Virus record (IMG/VR): IMGVR_UViG_3300029913_000001 | Source of the DNA: a virus | Taxonomy: Duplodnaviria > Caudoviricetes | DNA: 64,000 nt | Direction: 5' to 3' (one strand) | Shown here: one piece after another, positions 20,742-31,074 of the stretch | How positions within the stretch are numbered: the stretch's first letter is position 1 | Layout of the letters: each line of letters starts with the position of its first letter | The notes under the pieces: model-generated | The model's input: only the letters and a program-made list of their open reading frames with translations | Told to the model about the DNA's origin: nothing | Database searches by the model: none | Position numbers and translations under genes: made by a program

Positions 20742-20985
20742 CATCGGTTATTTCAACGCGCTTTATCGTTGATCTCCTCATTTCTAAGGAGTGTCGGACT
20801 ATATCTTCATACTATGTATGTCGGGCGCTCGTGGTAGGATTATTGATTTAGTTTCTCACCTACTAGTCTCTACGCTTTTCAGAATACTGTTATACTATTT
20901 CTTCTGACTTAGCTCGGTATTTCCAGTTTAAAGGATTCACCGAATTCACCCAATGATTATACTGAGGCCAGCTTTACGCAATTTG
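20742..20985 (-). ncRNA. Group I self-splicing intron (244 nt, no ORF) in nrdJ
   Basis: The 5' exon ends in U (GGT) and the intron ends in G. P1 pairs GGU/CA with UGGCC through a U.G wobble at the splice site. Core elements GGGUGAAUUCGGUGAA (P), AAUACCGAGC (Q), GCGUAGAGACUA (R) and GAAGAUAUAGUCC (S) are present, with P7 GACUA/UAGUC. Removal restores TNPCG|EQML in frame. Confidence 0.93.
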
Positions 20986-22005
20986 ACCACAGGGATTCGT
21001 TGTCGCAATTTTCTCTAAATAATTAAGTTGATTAAATTTATTTGAACGATCTAAAAATAAAATTCCTGGTTCGTTTCTATTATAGGTTGATTGAGTAATC
21101 AAATTCCATAACCATTCAACTTTAACCGTTTGATAAATTTTAATTGGATATCCTTTTGATACCCACGATGTTAGATCCCCAAACCATTCCTTTTTATATT
21201 GCGGATGAGTAGTTTCTGGATAAACCAAATCCCAAGTAATTGCATTAATTTCATTTTGGGGTGCCCCATCACGTTTTAATTGAGATAAATTTAATACTTT
21301 TTCCATAAATTTATCGGTGCAATTGACACTCATATTAAATTTGGATAATCTGCCGGGAGTTTGTTTTGCTGTAATAAATTCAATAATGTCCGGATTCCAA
21401 ACAGACATACACAACATCTGGGCGCCTTTTCGGATTTTACCTTTTGCTTTTTTATTTAATGATTTTTTACCAGAGCCTGAAGTAATAATTTCTGAACTGC
21501 GGTCAAAGAGCTCGAAAAATTTAACAGCCCCAGGCGTTTCCACCCCTATACCATTGATAAATGTGCCGCGTGGTCGAATAAAATCTGCGACGGCTCCTGC
21601 TCCCCCTTCAGACTTAAGAGTGAATGATTGATATTTAAGATACTCTAAAATGCCTTCTAAACTATCGGCATCATATTTAGGATTCGGGAGAACAAAGCAA
21701 TTAATTAAGGTTGTTCCCTTAAATTCTGTTCCGGCATTTGCCAAAATTCTACCACCGGGAACTACTTTGAATCCTGTAAGCATATCATAAAAATTGTATG
21801 CCCATTTAACTCGTAATTCTTCTGTTGCCTCCACGCTTGCAATTGCTTTTGCAACACGCCAAAAATTATCATTAATATCGGCGTCTTTATAATCTTTATA
21901 AGTAGCAGACCAGACCTCTTCACTAAAGCTATCTTCAAATTTCGTTGTTTGTTCTGGTCTGGGGAGATAAGAAAGTCCTTTCATTGTTTCTTGTGTTGTG
22001 TTCAA
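20986..22005 (-). CDS. nrdJ: Class II ribonucleotide reductase, exon 1
   Basis: VPGGRILANAG, TLINCF, EGGAG, RKGAQM, KFNMSV, NEPGILFLDR and ATTNPCG. The start may be the TTG at 22005 or an ATG seven codons later. Confidence 0.88.
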
Positions 22006-22044
22006 AATTAAACCTCTATTTTGTATACTGAATTTGTCTTGTAT

Positions 22045-22608
22045 TTACCGCGGATAAACTACATATTGATAACATTTTTTTTCTTTTCCATAAAAACTTA
22101 CCATTTCTTCTACCGACACTATTTCATTCATATCGGGCGAAACCGACATCTTATATCCAGCATTTAGCAATGTTTGCCATGCCGTATTATCTTCGGATAT
22201 CATGCTTTTACTACTTTTAATTGCGCAGTTATCATTGTCTAAGATAGCGACATATAAATCGGCTAATTCCCCATATGTTATAAAAGAACTAATTCTGGCA
22301 TTTATCACTTCTAGTTCAGTACCGACTTTTTCCAATTCGACTATCTGCGTCATCGTTTCATTTTGCTCTGTCCAATAATAAACGCAGGTAGATAATTCTA
22401 TTTTTCTAGTGGTATCATTAATAATAATTGGTTGTTGCCCGAATTTTAATAAATCTCGAATATTATATTGTAAGATATCGAACATTCTAAATTGCCAAAA
22501 GCTTTTACCAGGCATCTCTAAAAAACTAACTTCCATTCGATGCATATCTTCGAGACAGTATAGCTTTTCATAATTGCACATATCTATTATATCTTGTTGA
22601 CCTATCAT
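22045..22608 (-). CDS. GNAT-like hypothetical protein (paralogue of 22611-23219)
   Basis: Shares KIELSTCVYYW and the overall layout with its neighbour. Confidence 0.55.
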   Translation of the reverse strand: MIGQQDIIDMCNYEKLYCLEDMHRMEVSFLEMPGKSFWQFRMFDILQYNIRDLLKFGQQPIIINDTTRKIELSTCVYYWTEQNETMTQIVELEKVGTELEVINARISSFITYGELADLYVAILDNDNCAIKSSKSMISEDNTAWQTLLNAGYKMSVSPDMNEIVSVEEMVSFYGKEKKCYQYVVYPR

Positions 22609-22610
22609 GT

Positions 22611-23219
22611 TTATACTCCAGCCAATTCTCGATATCTTTGGGTATTGAAAAAGTTTCTAGTCTCGGCTAATATTTTTGTTTCCGTTAAAATATATTGATA
22701 ACGTTTATAATCGGTATTATCGTTCTCAAAATAATTATCAAAATCGTTAATTGTTAAAAATGTTTTAAAAGTTCTTCCCGGATTTAATGCGTCATAAATT
22801 GAAATCTTATGACCCATTTTAAACAACCTTTTCCAAATAGCATATCCTTCATCGGACAGGGATACGTCGCTCAAAATTCTTACACCTTTACCGCAATCTT
22901 TTAGAATAACATCGTATAAAGAGCTAGCATATGGCTTTCTTCCCCGCCAATTAGAATTTTTTCCTGTAATTCTAACTACTAATCCTTGAGGTTTCTTTTC
23001 TAATTCCGAGCCTAAAATAATTTCATTATCTATTTCATACCAGTAATAGACACAAGTAGATAATTCTATTTTTCGATAACCATTGCCCATATCAATAGAA
23101 ATCTGGCCGTTTCTTTTAAGATCAGCAATATTATATATAAACATATCATATAGTTCGGTTTTACCGATTCCTTCCGGGGATTCGGTTAACCATGTTTCGT
23201 TGAATTCTAACTGGCTCAT
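22611..23219 (-). CDS. GNAT-like hypothetical protein
   Basis: WRGRKPYASSLYDVIL resembles GNAT motif A, followed by SDVSLSDEGYAIWKRL. Confidence 0.55.
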   Translation of the reverse strand: MSQLEFNETWLTESPEGIGKTELYDMFIYNIADLKRNGQISIDMGNGYRKIELSTCVYYWYEIDNEIILGSELEKKPQGLVVRITGKNSNWRGRKPYASSLYDVILKDCGKGVRILSDVSLSDEGYAIWKRLFKMGHKISIYDALNPGRTFKTFLTINDFDNYFENDNTDYKRYQYILTETKILAETRNFFNTQRYRELAGV

Positions 23220-23234
23220 AATGCTCCTATATAA

Positions 23235-24233
23235 TTATATATTCCAGCTCTCATATAATAACTGCGATCCTAAATTCTTTGATTTAAGTTCGCACATAAT
23301 ATCGGCCCAATTCCAATGGCCATACGCCCAAGAATTAACCGCAGAATTAGTAAAATACTCACTGTGCCCACGTAATTGTTGTTTTTTAATACCGGAGGCT
23401 ACTAAAATTGAAAGATCAGGTAACGAAGATAAACTTGAATTAACTACGTCCGGTCGGCATTGACTATAATGAATTACGGGACGAATTCCTCGCCAACTAT
23501 CTTTAACTTTTGTAATTCGAGCATCGGATGGTAAAATATATTCTCCCGTTTTAATAAAATGATGATGCAGATCGATTACCAACGGAAGGCAATCTGCTAA
23601 TTTTAAAGTATCATCTAAGCCCCAACTAATTTCGTCATTTTCAATAGTAAGTGTGTTTCTTGCAGTAGAACTTAATTTAGGTAATATGTTTCTAATCGCT
23701 GTTGGCCCTACGCGACCGCCAACATGAATATTACATTTGAAATCCTGCCACGATTTTCCGTAACCCATCCAACGTATCATATCACTGTGGTATTCGATTT
23801 CTAGCCGACTATTCTCGACTACTTCCGTTCGATCACTAGAAAGACAGCAAAATTGTCCAGGGTGCATACTTAGCCGAACATTTAGATTACGTGCTACTTC
23901 ACCAATAATAGAAAAATTACTTTCACAATAATTCCGCACATCGGGTCGTTTCCAAAATGTTGACCAAACACCCTCCGTATACATCGGTAGAATATCAGAC
24001 GATAATCGCACCATTCTTAATTGATCCGTTAGCGATCCTACTTTTTTCACTAATTGCAATGATGCCGTTAAATTATGCTGCATTATATCCCAGAGTCGTT
24101 GCTCGGCATCTAACTTAGTTTGCCGATTTAGCCAAGATACCGTTGTTACTCGATTGTTCAGTTCGGCGACTGATTCGATCCTATTATTTGTATTTTTAAC
24201 CCATTTACATGCAAATCCAATGCGTTTAACCAT
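23235..24233 (-). CDS. uvsE: UV damage endonuclease (UvsE/UvdE)
   Basis: RIGFAC, RLSSDILP, RLSMHPGQF, IENDE, DLHHH and RGHS motifs. Confidence 0.93.
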   Translation of the reverse strand: MVKRIGFACKWVKNTNNRIESVAELNNRVTTVSWLNRQTKLDAEQRLWDIMQHNLTASLQLVKKVGSLTDQLRMVRLSSDILPMYTEGVWSTFWKRPDVRNYCESNFSIIGEVARNLNVRLSMHPGQFCCLSSDRTEVVENSRLEIEYHSDMIRWMGYGKSWQDFKCNIHVGGRVGPTAIRNILPKLSSTARNTLTIENDEISWGLDDTLKLADCLPLVIDLHHHFIKTGEYILPSDARITKVKDSWRGIRPVIHYSQCRPDVVNSSLSSLPDLSILVASGIKKQQLRGHSEYFTNSAVNSWAYGHWNWADIMCELKSKNLGSQLLYESWNI

Positions 24234-24266
24234 ATCTTAATTATACCAACTTTGTATTGGATAATC

Positions 24267-24300
24267 AAATGGCCGTTATATTTTAATATAACGGCCATTT
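24267..24300. terminator. Intrinsic terminator
   Basis: AAATGGCCGTTATATT / AATATAACGGCCATTT. Confidence 0.8.
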
Positions 24301-24302
24301 GA

Positions 24303-26120
24303 TTACTTATTCGTTAACTTTTGGATTTGCTCGTCGCTCATATTATTAACCCGAGAGCGAATTGAATTTGCATCTTCGTGAGTTTCTTTCGCTGCTCTAG
24401 TATCATCAACTTTCGTCTCTATAACTTGCTGATCTTGACTACTGCTTAACGGCAGACTTTCATTATCAAAATCATGAATCGGCAAAACCGATTGTTCCGA
24501 ATAATAATAGGTTAACGTAATTTTGTCACCGATATGTGATACCGGTAACTTAATCGATGTTGAGACGTCACCATTAAATAAATGATCTATACCTGCAACA
24601 TGAATATAATAAATTGTTCCTGTATTTGTATTGTTAAAACCAATTCTATCGATTGAACCGGTAATTGAATTTAATTCTCGATTCTTGTCAAGAGAACTAT
24701 TGATTCCTTTGCCCGATAGACTCTTTTGGAATTGTGACATTGCGGCGGACATTGTTGAGCCAAACGATACCTGTTGGATATTATTAATCTCAACAATTGC
24801 AACGCCTTGAAACGCACTATTCTCATTTACCACCGGAAGAATATCAACCATCTCTCCATAAAGATTATAAAGTTGTGGATCAACGCCGGTTAACTTTCGA
24901 TATGAAATATCTTGATTTCTATTAACCGCATTTACTACTGCCTTATTGGTCCCGCCGCCTGGCACCTGATAAAAGATTGTCTTCCCGGTATGCGCATCGG
25001 TGTAAATTACACCTACCATAGAGTCGTCGTTGGCACTCATTGAGGTTACGTCGGTGACCCAGGTTGCATCTCCATTATTACCATAAATCAAGGTTGTATT
25101 ACCTGGATGCAAACGCCCAACCTTGCCGCCAAAAATTGAACTGTTCCACCACCCATTTTTCAGGTCGCCCCAGTATGCGATATTGTCGTTAACCACCGAA
25201 TCTGGAACAACTCGATCAATCCATGCTGGTACACTGCCAATAGGATAAAAGGTGCTACTGCCCGATGCCGGATCTACAACTACAATACCATCAATCTTAA
25301 TACCCCACCATCCAATTGTCGGGGTGAATACAGATACAACCCACCAAGGATGATAATTTTCGTCTAGCTCAAATGAAAAATCAGTTAATCCTTTGGAGAA
25401 ATACCCATTAGTCCTTAGATGCCGTTCGAGATTATTACCGAAATAAGCGGATGGTGAATACACCATTTCGGCGCCGGATGCAAACTTTACAAACTTCGGC
25501 TGTTCCTCGGGATTTTCCGCTGACACCATCACGTAACCTGGAATTGAACCCGTTGAATTGGCAACCATCAGACCATCATATTCTAGAGGAAATACATACC
25601 AAAGTTCGCCCTTAATAAGTTGCAATGTCGACTCGCCTAGGTGAAACTGACTGCCAATCGATCCATCCTGACCCATTGCTTTAGTGGCGAGAAAATTAGC
25701 ATTATTCGAACTAACAAGACGAATATGATTCGGATCCTTGGGTTGAATATCTTGACTCCATTGGCGGGTTTCAACATTACCAATAAGGGCTGAATAATGC
25801 GCGGCATTTAATGCCTCACCAGAACTAACTAGCATAAAAAGATACAAAAAAATTGTTGAGATACCTAATGCCCACACGATAGCATAATGGTCATCATCCA
25901 TTGCGGTTAAAACAATGGAGTCGGTCAAAAATAAAATCGCAACAAATAGACCGGGCAAGCCGAATAATGGCCAAACCGTCGAAACATTATTTACGTAAAA
26001 AATCATCCATTGTAACGGCAAAAAGATCGATGCTACTATGGTCGCAGCCGGAATCCTCTTAAAGAGCAGAAGCGGCAAAATACCGATTAACGTGCTTACA
26101 AATGCAATCGCAAAAATCAT
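24303..26120 (-). CDS. Membrane protein with four N-terminal TM helices and a large soluble domain
   Basis: 605-aa ORF with a hydrophobic N-terminus; TTGATT-17-TACAAT-type promoters in the flanking intergenic regions. Confidence 0.75.
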   Translation of the reverse strand: MIFAIAFVSTLIGILPLLLFKRIPAATIVASIFLPLQWMIFYVNNVSTVWPLFGLPGLFVAILFLTDSIVLTAMDDDHYAIVWALGISTIFLYLFMLVSSGEALNAAHYSALIGNVETRQWSQDIQPKDPNHIRLVSSNNANFLATKAMGQDGSIGSQFHLGESTLQLIKGELWYVFPLEYDGLMVANSTGSIPGYVMVSAENPEEQPKFVKFASGAEMVYSPSAYFGNNLERHLRTNGYFSKGLTDFSFELDENYHPWWVVSVFTPTIGWWGIKIDGIVVVDPASGSSTFYPIGSVPAWIDRVVPDSVVNDNIAYWGDLKNGWWNSSIFGGKVGRLHPGNTTLIYGNNGDATWVTDVTSMSANDDSMVGVIYTDAHTGKTIFYQVPGGGTNKAVVNAVNRNQDISYRKLTGVDPQLYNLYGEMVDILPVVNENSAFQGVAIVEINNIQQVSFGSTMSAAMSQFQKSLSGKGINSSLDKNRELNSITGSIDRIGFNNTNTGTIYYIHVAGIDHLFNGDVSTSIKLPVSHIGDKITLTYYYSEQSVLPIHDFDNESLPLSSSQDQQVIETKVDDTRAAKETHEDANSIRSRVNNMSDEQIQKLTNK

Positions 26121-26203
26121 TCTCTAACCTTTCAAAGTACACGACAAAATTTTGTCCACATATACATTGTAGCATATATGTGGGCAAAAATCAAGAATTT
26201 AAA

Positions 26204-27166
26204 TTATTTAACCGAGTGAAATTGTTCAAACTTACGATTGTAGAAAGAACAAACATCTAAACATTGCTTCGAACAAATCGGATCAGTTTTGGTATTATGT
26301 GTCTTATACCATTCAGCCCGTTCTTCTCGCATATGAGGTCCGACTTTTCCGATCGGCCGACCACCTTCTCGAAAATAAATTACACAGGGAAAGTGATAGT
26401 TACCGTTGACAATCATATCATCATGCACAAGGCCGCATTTCGAAACATCTGAGTCTAATAATCCTCTTACGGTTGTGCCTTCTTTTAGATTTGCAATTCG
26501 ATATGCTAAAATAGGATGTCTAGACAAGATATCAGGCGATACTACGACATTGCTCAACTTATTCGATTCTTGAGCGGCAGGAATAATTCGAATATCCGCA
26601 ACCCCTAAGCTATCGGCAAACGTAATAATCTCATTCACCTTTTCAGCATTAATTCCGGCATTTAAAACAACTCCGACCGAAACATATGTCTTAGCCGACA
26701 AATATCGAATATTCTCTACGACTGTTTCCCATTTGCCAGCTCCCCCATCAAGAATGTCGCCGTCTGATGCGCAACAGGCATCGAGCGAAATGCTCAGATC
26801 ATTTGCACCGGCAGCAAGCAACGAATCATACAATTCCTTTGATGCCGAGCCATTCGTTGAAATTGCAATACGTTCACACCCTACTTCCTTTGCAATCGCA
26901 ATCAACTTATCCAATCCCTTATATAATGTGGGTTCCCCACCGGAGAATCGAATATTCTTAAGATGCTGCGCGCCCCATAGACGAACAATGTTTTCTGCAT
27001 CTACAAAAGGAATATCCGGCCCGCCTACCCGCCTACAATAGGGGCATCGAAAATTACAGGCCGAGGAAACGATAAGTTCACATCGCTGTAAATCAGAAGA
27101 TACCGATGCATTACGGCAACGATTGTTGCTAAGAGTATAAAATCCAATTTGTGTTAAGTCTTCCAT
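26204..27166 (-). CDS. Radical SAM enzyme (MoaA/NifB/PqqE-like) with extra C-terminal Cys residues
   Basis: CNFRCPYC (CxxxCxxC), FSGGEP, ISTNG and SISLD motifs. Confidence 0.9.
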   Translation of the reverse strand: MEDLTQIGFYTLSNNRCRNASVSSDLQRCELIVSSACNFRCPYCRRVGGPDIPFVDAENIVRLWGAQHLKNIRFSGGEPTLYKGLDKLIAIAKEVGCERIAISTNGSASKELYDSLLAAGANDLSISLDACCASDGDILDGGAGKWETVVENIRYLSAKTYVSVGVVLNAGINAEKVNEIITFADSLGVADIRIIPAAQESNKLSNVVVSPDILSRHPILAYRIANLKEGTTVRGLLDSDVSKCGLVHDDMIVNGNYHFPCVIYFREGGRPIGKVGPHMREERAEWYKTHNTKTDPICSKQCLDVCSFYNRKFEQFHSVK

Positions 27167-28319
27167 CTATCTTTCCTTTCTAATTAATCAACGTGAATAC
27201 TTTGAGATCCACTCATATCACCGCATACTACACCAGTTACATTCTCACCATTTGGAGCAACAGCTCGGAATGCCGTTTTAGTGAATGCACTATCACAACC
27301 AAGATATCGATGTCCAGTAATTTGAATATTATGATAATTATTAATCGTTAATACATGAGTTGCCGCAGCAGGATTAATATATGGATAGCAGGCTGCGATA
27401 ATAATACCTACACAAACTGCTACTATACCGGCTAATACTAGAAAGGATGAAATACCTTCCATTATCGAATTATCTTTTTCTACAGACTCAAACATATTAT
27501 TCCTTTTCTTGAAAAATCTTTTCGAATTCATAATCTCTAAGGTGAAACCAAAATTCCTTATAATCTTTAAAAAACATAACGGCGATATGGTTTGCCTTAG
27601 GACGGCAGATTAAATTTTCACCATAGCACCAACCAACTGCATACTTCTTAAGAATTTCACGATTTTCGATAAGAGCATTCGTGCGGCAAGGAATGTGAAA
27701 TTCATTCCACACATCGCCACTTCTCCAAGTGCTCCAATCAAACGCGCTTGAATCCAATTTTTCGATCATTAATTTTACTTTCGAGGAATTTTAATTTTAC
27801 GTTTAGAGGTAATAACCGGCGGATTCGGATCGTAATCTTTTTTGTAAATTCTTTTATACTCTTCCAAAAAATTAAATGGGCCGATCACCTTAACAAAATT
27901 TTCCGGAGGTATAATCCGGGTGGTCCGATAATGACGATTAATATTCGAAAATGGATCATTCGAAATATCATACGGATCATCGAGTTTAACGGTAATTACG
28001 TAGTAATCAGGAAAATGCATTGATTCTTTATATTGCCATTTTCGAGCTGAAATATGAGCGAAGGCATACCTTACCAATATCTATTACTTCTTGCTGCAAG
28101 TCTCACCTTCTAATTTGTATTTGCCCCATTCCGGGGTATCATTATGCGTTCGAAACCTTCGTTCCGCATGTCCACGAGTTTTCTCTAGAATGATAAAAAA
28201 TGAATCGGATTGCCAATTATATTCCCACCATCCGTTAAGAGTAGTTTTTCCATCTGTCCATTTCGCAGTCTTCATCCTATCGGTTATTGGTCGAAACATC
28301 ATTCCAGCAAAATCAACCA

Positions 28320-30368
28320 TTACTTTCCCAAAGCCTCAGTTAACCAATCATCTCCAACGATGTTGATACCCAACTTCTGTGCCTTTGCAAGTTTTGATCC
28401 CGCCGCCTCTCCGCAAATCAAAAGGTTAACATCCTTTGTTACGGAACTATGCGCAATTGCACCCAACTTTTCTAAATCAGCCGTGATACCAGGACGGGAA
28501 CCACGAGCAAACGATCCAGTAATGCAAAAGTCGACTCCCTCTAACTTCTTACCGGCTGTTGGAACTGTAACCAACCCAGTAGGACGAACGCCCGCCGCAT
28601 GAAGCCGATTGCACAAATTAACGTTATTCTTATTCTTTGCCCAATCAACAATTGAAGCGGTCTTTACAGGACCGAGTTTTTCAATATTCAGCGCAGGTAA
28701 AGTAAGTAGCAACTTGGGCAACTTACCCATATCGTCGGAGGTAAGATTCAATGCCTTTGAGATGTCTTCCCCAAGCGAATGTCCAACCATTGGAATGTTA
28801 AGTGACGCAATCCAACGTTCCCAAGTTGCGGTCTTTGCAACTTCTAAACTCTTAACCATCTTCAGAGTGTTAACACCGGAACGAAAGCCGGCATTTTTAA
28901 ATGAGGATACCAGAGCAAGATCATTTTGCTTCGACTTCGAAAAACTTGCAGCGGAATTTAATGATGCATTTCCAAATTCAAATAAATCCGCAATATTAGT
29001 AATATCGAAATCAACTAATTCAGCCGACATACTAGCGCCGAGATTATCAATTTCTAAAGTATCACGATGGCCAATGTAAACAAACTGTTGTGCCGCCTTT
29101 CCTGGGCACGCACTATTATCGCAAAATCGTTGCGCAATACCGGAATCATTTTGAATTCGCAAAATGGAATTGCAAGAGGGGCAATGTGTCGGAAACGGCA
29201 ATTTCCTTGCTCCCTTATTATTCACAACACCGGTGATATAGGGAATCACGTCGCCCGAACGCAAAATCTTGACTATTGATCCAATCATTATGTCAAGATT
29301 TTCCATGTAAGTTTCGTTACAAAGATTAGCGCGTGAAATCATCGCACCGCCGAGGTCAACCGGCTCCAAAATTGCCACCGGAGTGACCTTTCCCGTGCGG
29401 CCTAGGCCAAATTCGATGCCCGCCAACTTTGTTTGGGCAGACAAATTTTGGGGCTTAAAGCAATGCTGATAGCGGGTAAATTTTTCAGCGACCCCAAGTG
29501 TATTTCGAACTTTGTGTGAATCGGCTTTAATTACTACACCATCGCAAACAACGTCGGTAGTCTTAATAAATTCGAGCAGCTTGTTTAGTGCACCTTCAAT
29601 CGCACCTTTTGCAGAAGTTGCAACCGCAATGCCTTCATACTTAGGAAAGCCCAGAGCATATGCGAGATTCATACGCGCAATAGCGCTATCCGGGAGCAAA
29701 TCATCTTGATCTGGGCTATACATATCCCAGGGCATTAGCAGAATTTCGCGACTTGCAACAATAGACATATCTTGCTGTTTCATTGTGCCCGCAACAAGAT
29801 TTCGTGTGTTTGAATACTGCTTACCTCCCAATGCGTTAATGCGAGCTAGTTCACTCTTTCGCATCACTAGTTCACCGCGAATTCGAAGATCGCTGGGCAA
29901 ATTCTTCGGAAGATTTTTCCCACCAAAGTATTGCGGAATATACTTGCAGGCATGAACCTGCTCGGTCATATCTTCTCCGGCTTCTCCATCGCCGCGTGTT
30001 ACAGCACGGATCAGCCGGCCATTCTTGTAAGAAAGCTCGCAGCTAATCCCATCCCGTTTCGGCTCCTCGAGAACAACATCACCATAATTCTTGGCAGCGG
30101 CAATATAACTTTCGGGCGTGTAATAATTCTCAATACTCAACATTGGCCGATCGTGCTTAATCCGAGTAAGAGAATTCTTTGAATCCCCCACACGAGTGAG
30201 GACGGTCGCAAGATTCGCAAAATTCGAATTTGCATTAACCAGCGAAATCAACTGCGCTTCTAGCGCATCATATTCACCATCGCTCAAAATTGGATCGCCG
30301 GCGTAATAGGCTACCTGCGCGTCAATCAACTGCGAATTAAGTGTTTCAATCAACTTGCCTGCTTGCAT
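28320..30368 (-). CDS. ligA: NAD-dependent DNA ligase (start revised to MQAGKL)
   Basis: KRDG adenylation motif, TRGDG, RGE, DGVVIK, GRTG, CPSC zinc finger, HhH and BRCT (FCITG, AGSKLAKA). Confidence 0.95.
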   Translation of the reverse strand: MQAGKLIETLNSQLIDAQVAYYAGDPILSDGEYDALEAQLISLVNANSNFANLATVLTRVGDSKNSLTRIKHDRPMLSIENYYTPESYIAAAKNYGDVVLEEPKRDGISCELSYKNGRLIRAVTRGDGEAGEDMTEQVHACKYIPQYFGGKNLPKNLPSDLRIRGELVMRKSELARINALGGKQYSNTRNLVAGTMKQQDMSIVASREILLMPWDMYSPDQDDLLPDSAIARMNLAYALGFPKYEGIAVATSAKGAIEGALNKLLEFIKTTDVVCDGVVIKADSHKVRNTLGVAEKFTRYQHCFKPQNLSAQTKLAGIEFGLGRTGKVTPVAILEPVDLGGAMISRANLCNETYMENLDIMIGSIVKILRSGDVIPYITGVVNNKGARKLPFPTHCPSCNSILRIQNDSGIAQRFCDNSACPGKAAQQFVYIGHRDTLEIDNLGASMSAELVDFDITNIADLFEFGNASLNSAASFSKSKQNDLALVSSFKNAGFRSGVNTLKMVKSLEVAKTATWERWIASLNIPMVGHSLGEDISKALNLTSDDMGKLPKLLLTLPALNIEKLGPVKTASIVDWAKNKNNVNLCNRLHAAGVRPTGLVTVPTAGKKLEGVDFCITGSFARGSRPGITADLEKLGAIAHSSVTKDVNLLICGEAAGSKLAKAQKLGINIVGDDWLTEALGK

Positions 30369-30380
30369 ACCTGTTTTCCT

Positions 30381-30419
30381 CACTGAAATAATTATAGCAA
30401 ACGCCGGGTTAAGTGTCAA
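30381..30419 (-). promoter_or_regulatory. Early promoter cassette copy 3 (ligA)
   Basis: Perfect TTGACA-17-TATAAT plus the exact 21-mer. Confidence 0.9.
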
Positions 30420-30617
30420 CCGATAAATTTGTAGGTGCCGTCCGGGTTCTGTTCAAATGTTCCACGGCGAACACCGGTAGCAATAACCAATTTTGCAAAC
30501 CACCCCCAATGAAAAGGATAAATTAGCTCCACAATTTCATTGAACGTTATATGCTCGGTATCCATCTTGCTCAACGTGTCTGCAATTCTCATATACCGTT
30601 TATTCAGCCGAGCTCCT

Positions 30618-30656
30618 CACTGAAATAATTATAGCAAAATCCGGTACCGAATGCAA
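30618..30656 (-). promoter_or_regulatory. Early promoter cassette copy 4
   Basis: TTGCAT-17-TATAAT plus the exact 21-mer. Drives a 58-aa ORF starting MRIADTLSK. Confidence 0.85.
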
Positions 30657-30722
30657 GAAAAAAGTAATCGCTGAAAACAAAGGGCTTATTCGATGAGGAA
30701 TAAGCCCGTTGTAATCAAAGTA

Positions 30723-30953
30723 TTACTCCTTGGTCTTAAGACGACTCTTATTTGCTTCCAGAAATTCATCGAGCTTAGGGGTTGCTTCAATCAGCCGCTT
30801 CCACTGACTGTAATATAGCGTAACGGGGAAACGCCCCATTCCGTAAACCGAAACCCCGCCCTTTTCGCCGACCTTAAACGTTAATGCCTTAACGGATTTT
30901 TCGGCCTGTAACGCCTCGAGCTGCGCTTTCAATTCTTCGTAAGTTGGTTCCAT
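30723..30953 (-). CDS. Small hypothetical protein (start revised to MEPTYEEL)
   Basis: ATG downstream of promoter cassette copy 5. Confidence 0.75.
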   Translation of the reverse strand: MEPTYEELKAQLEALQAEKSVKALTFKVGEKGGVSVYGMGRFPVTLYYSQWKRLIEATPKLDEFLEANKSRLKTKE

Positions 30954-30971
30954 TTTAACAACCTTTCTTCC

Positions 30972-31010
30972 CACTGAAATAATTATAGCAAAGTTAGCCA
31001 TCAAATGCAA
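30972..31010 (-). promoter_or_regulatory. Early promoter cassette copy 5
   Basis: TTGCAT-17-TATAAT plus the exact 21-mer. Confidence 0.85.
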
Positions 31011-31074
31011 GAAAAAGTTTGTACTCAAAACAAAGAACTTAACGATTTTTACTCGTTAAGTTCTTTGTAATCAG

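Noticed and set aside
20742-20985. nrdJ split explained by an intein, a frameshift or a natural two-subunit gene
   Set aside because: There are no intein end residues, and the gap has full group I core motifs with exact in-frame splice boundaries.
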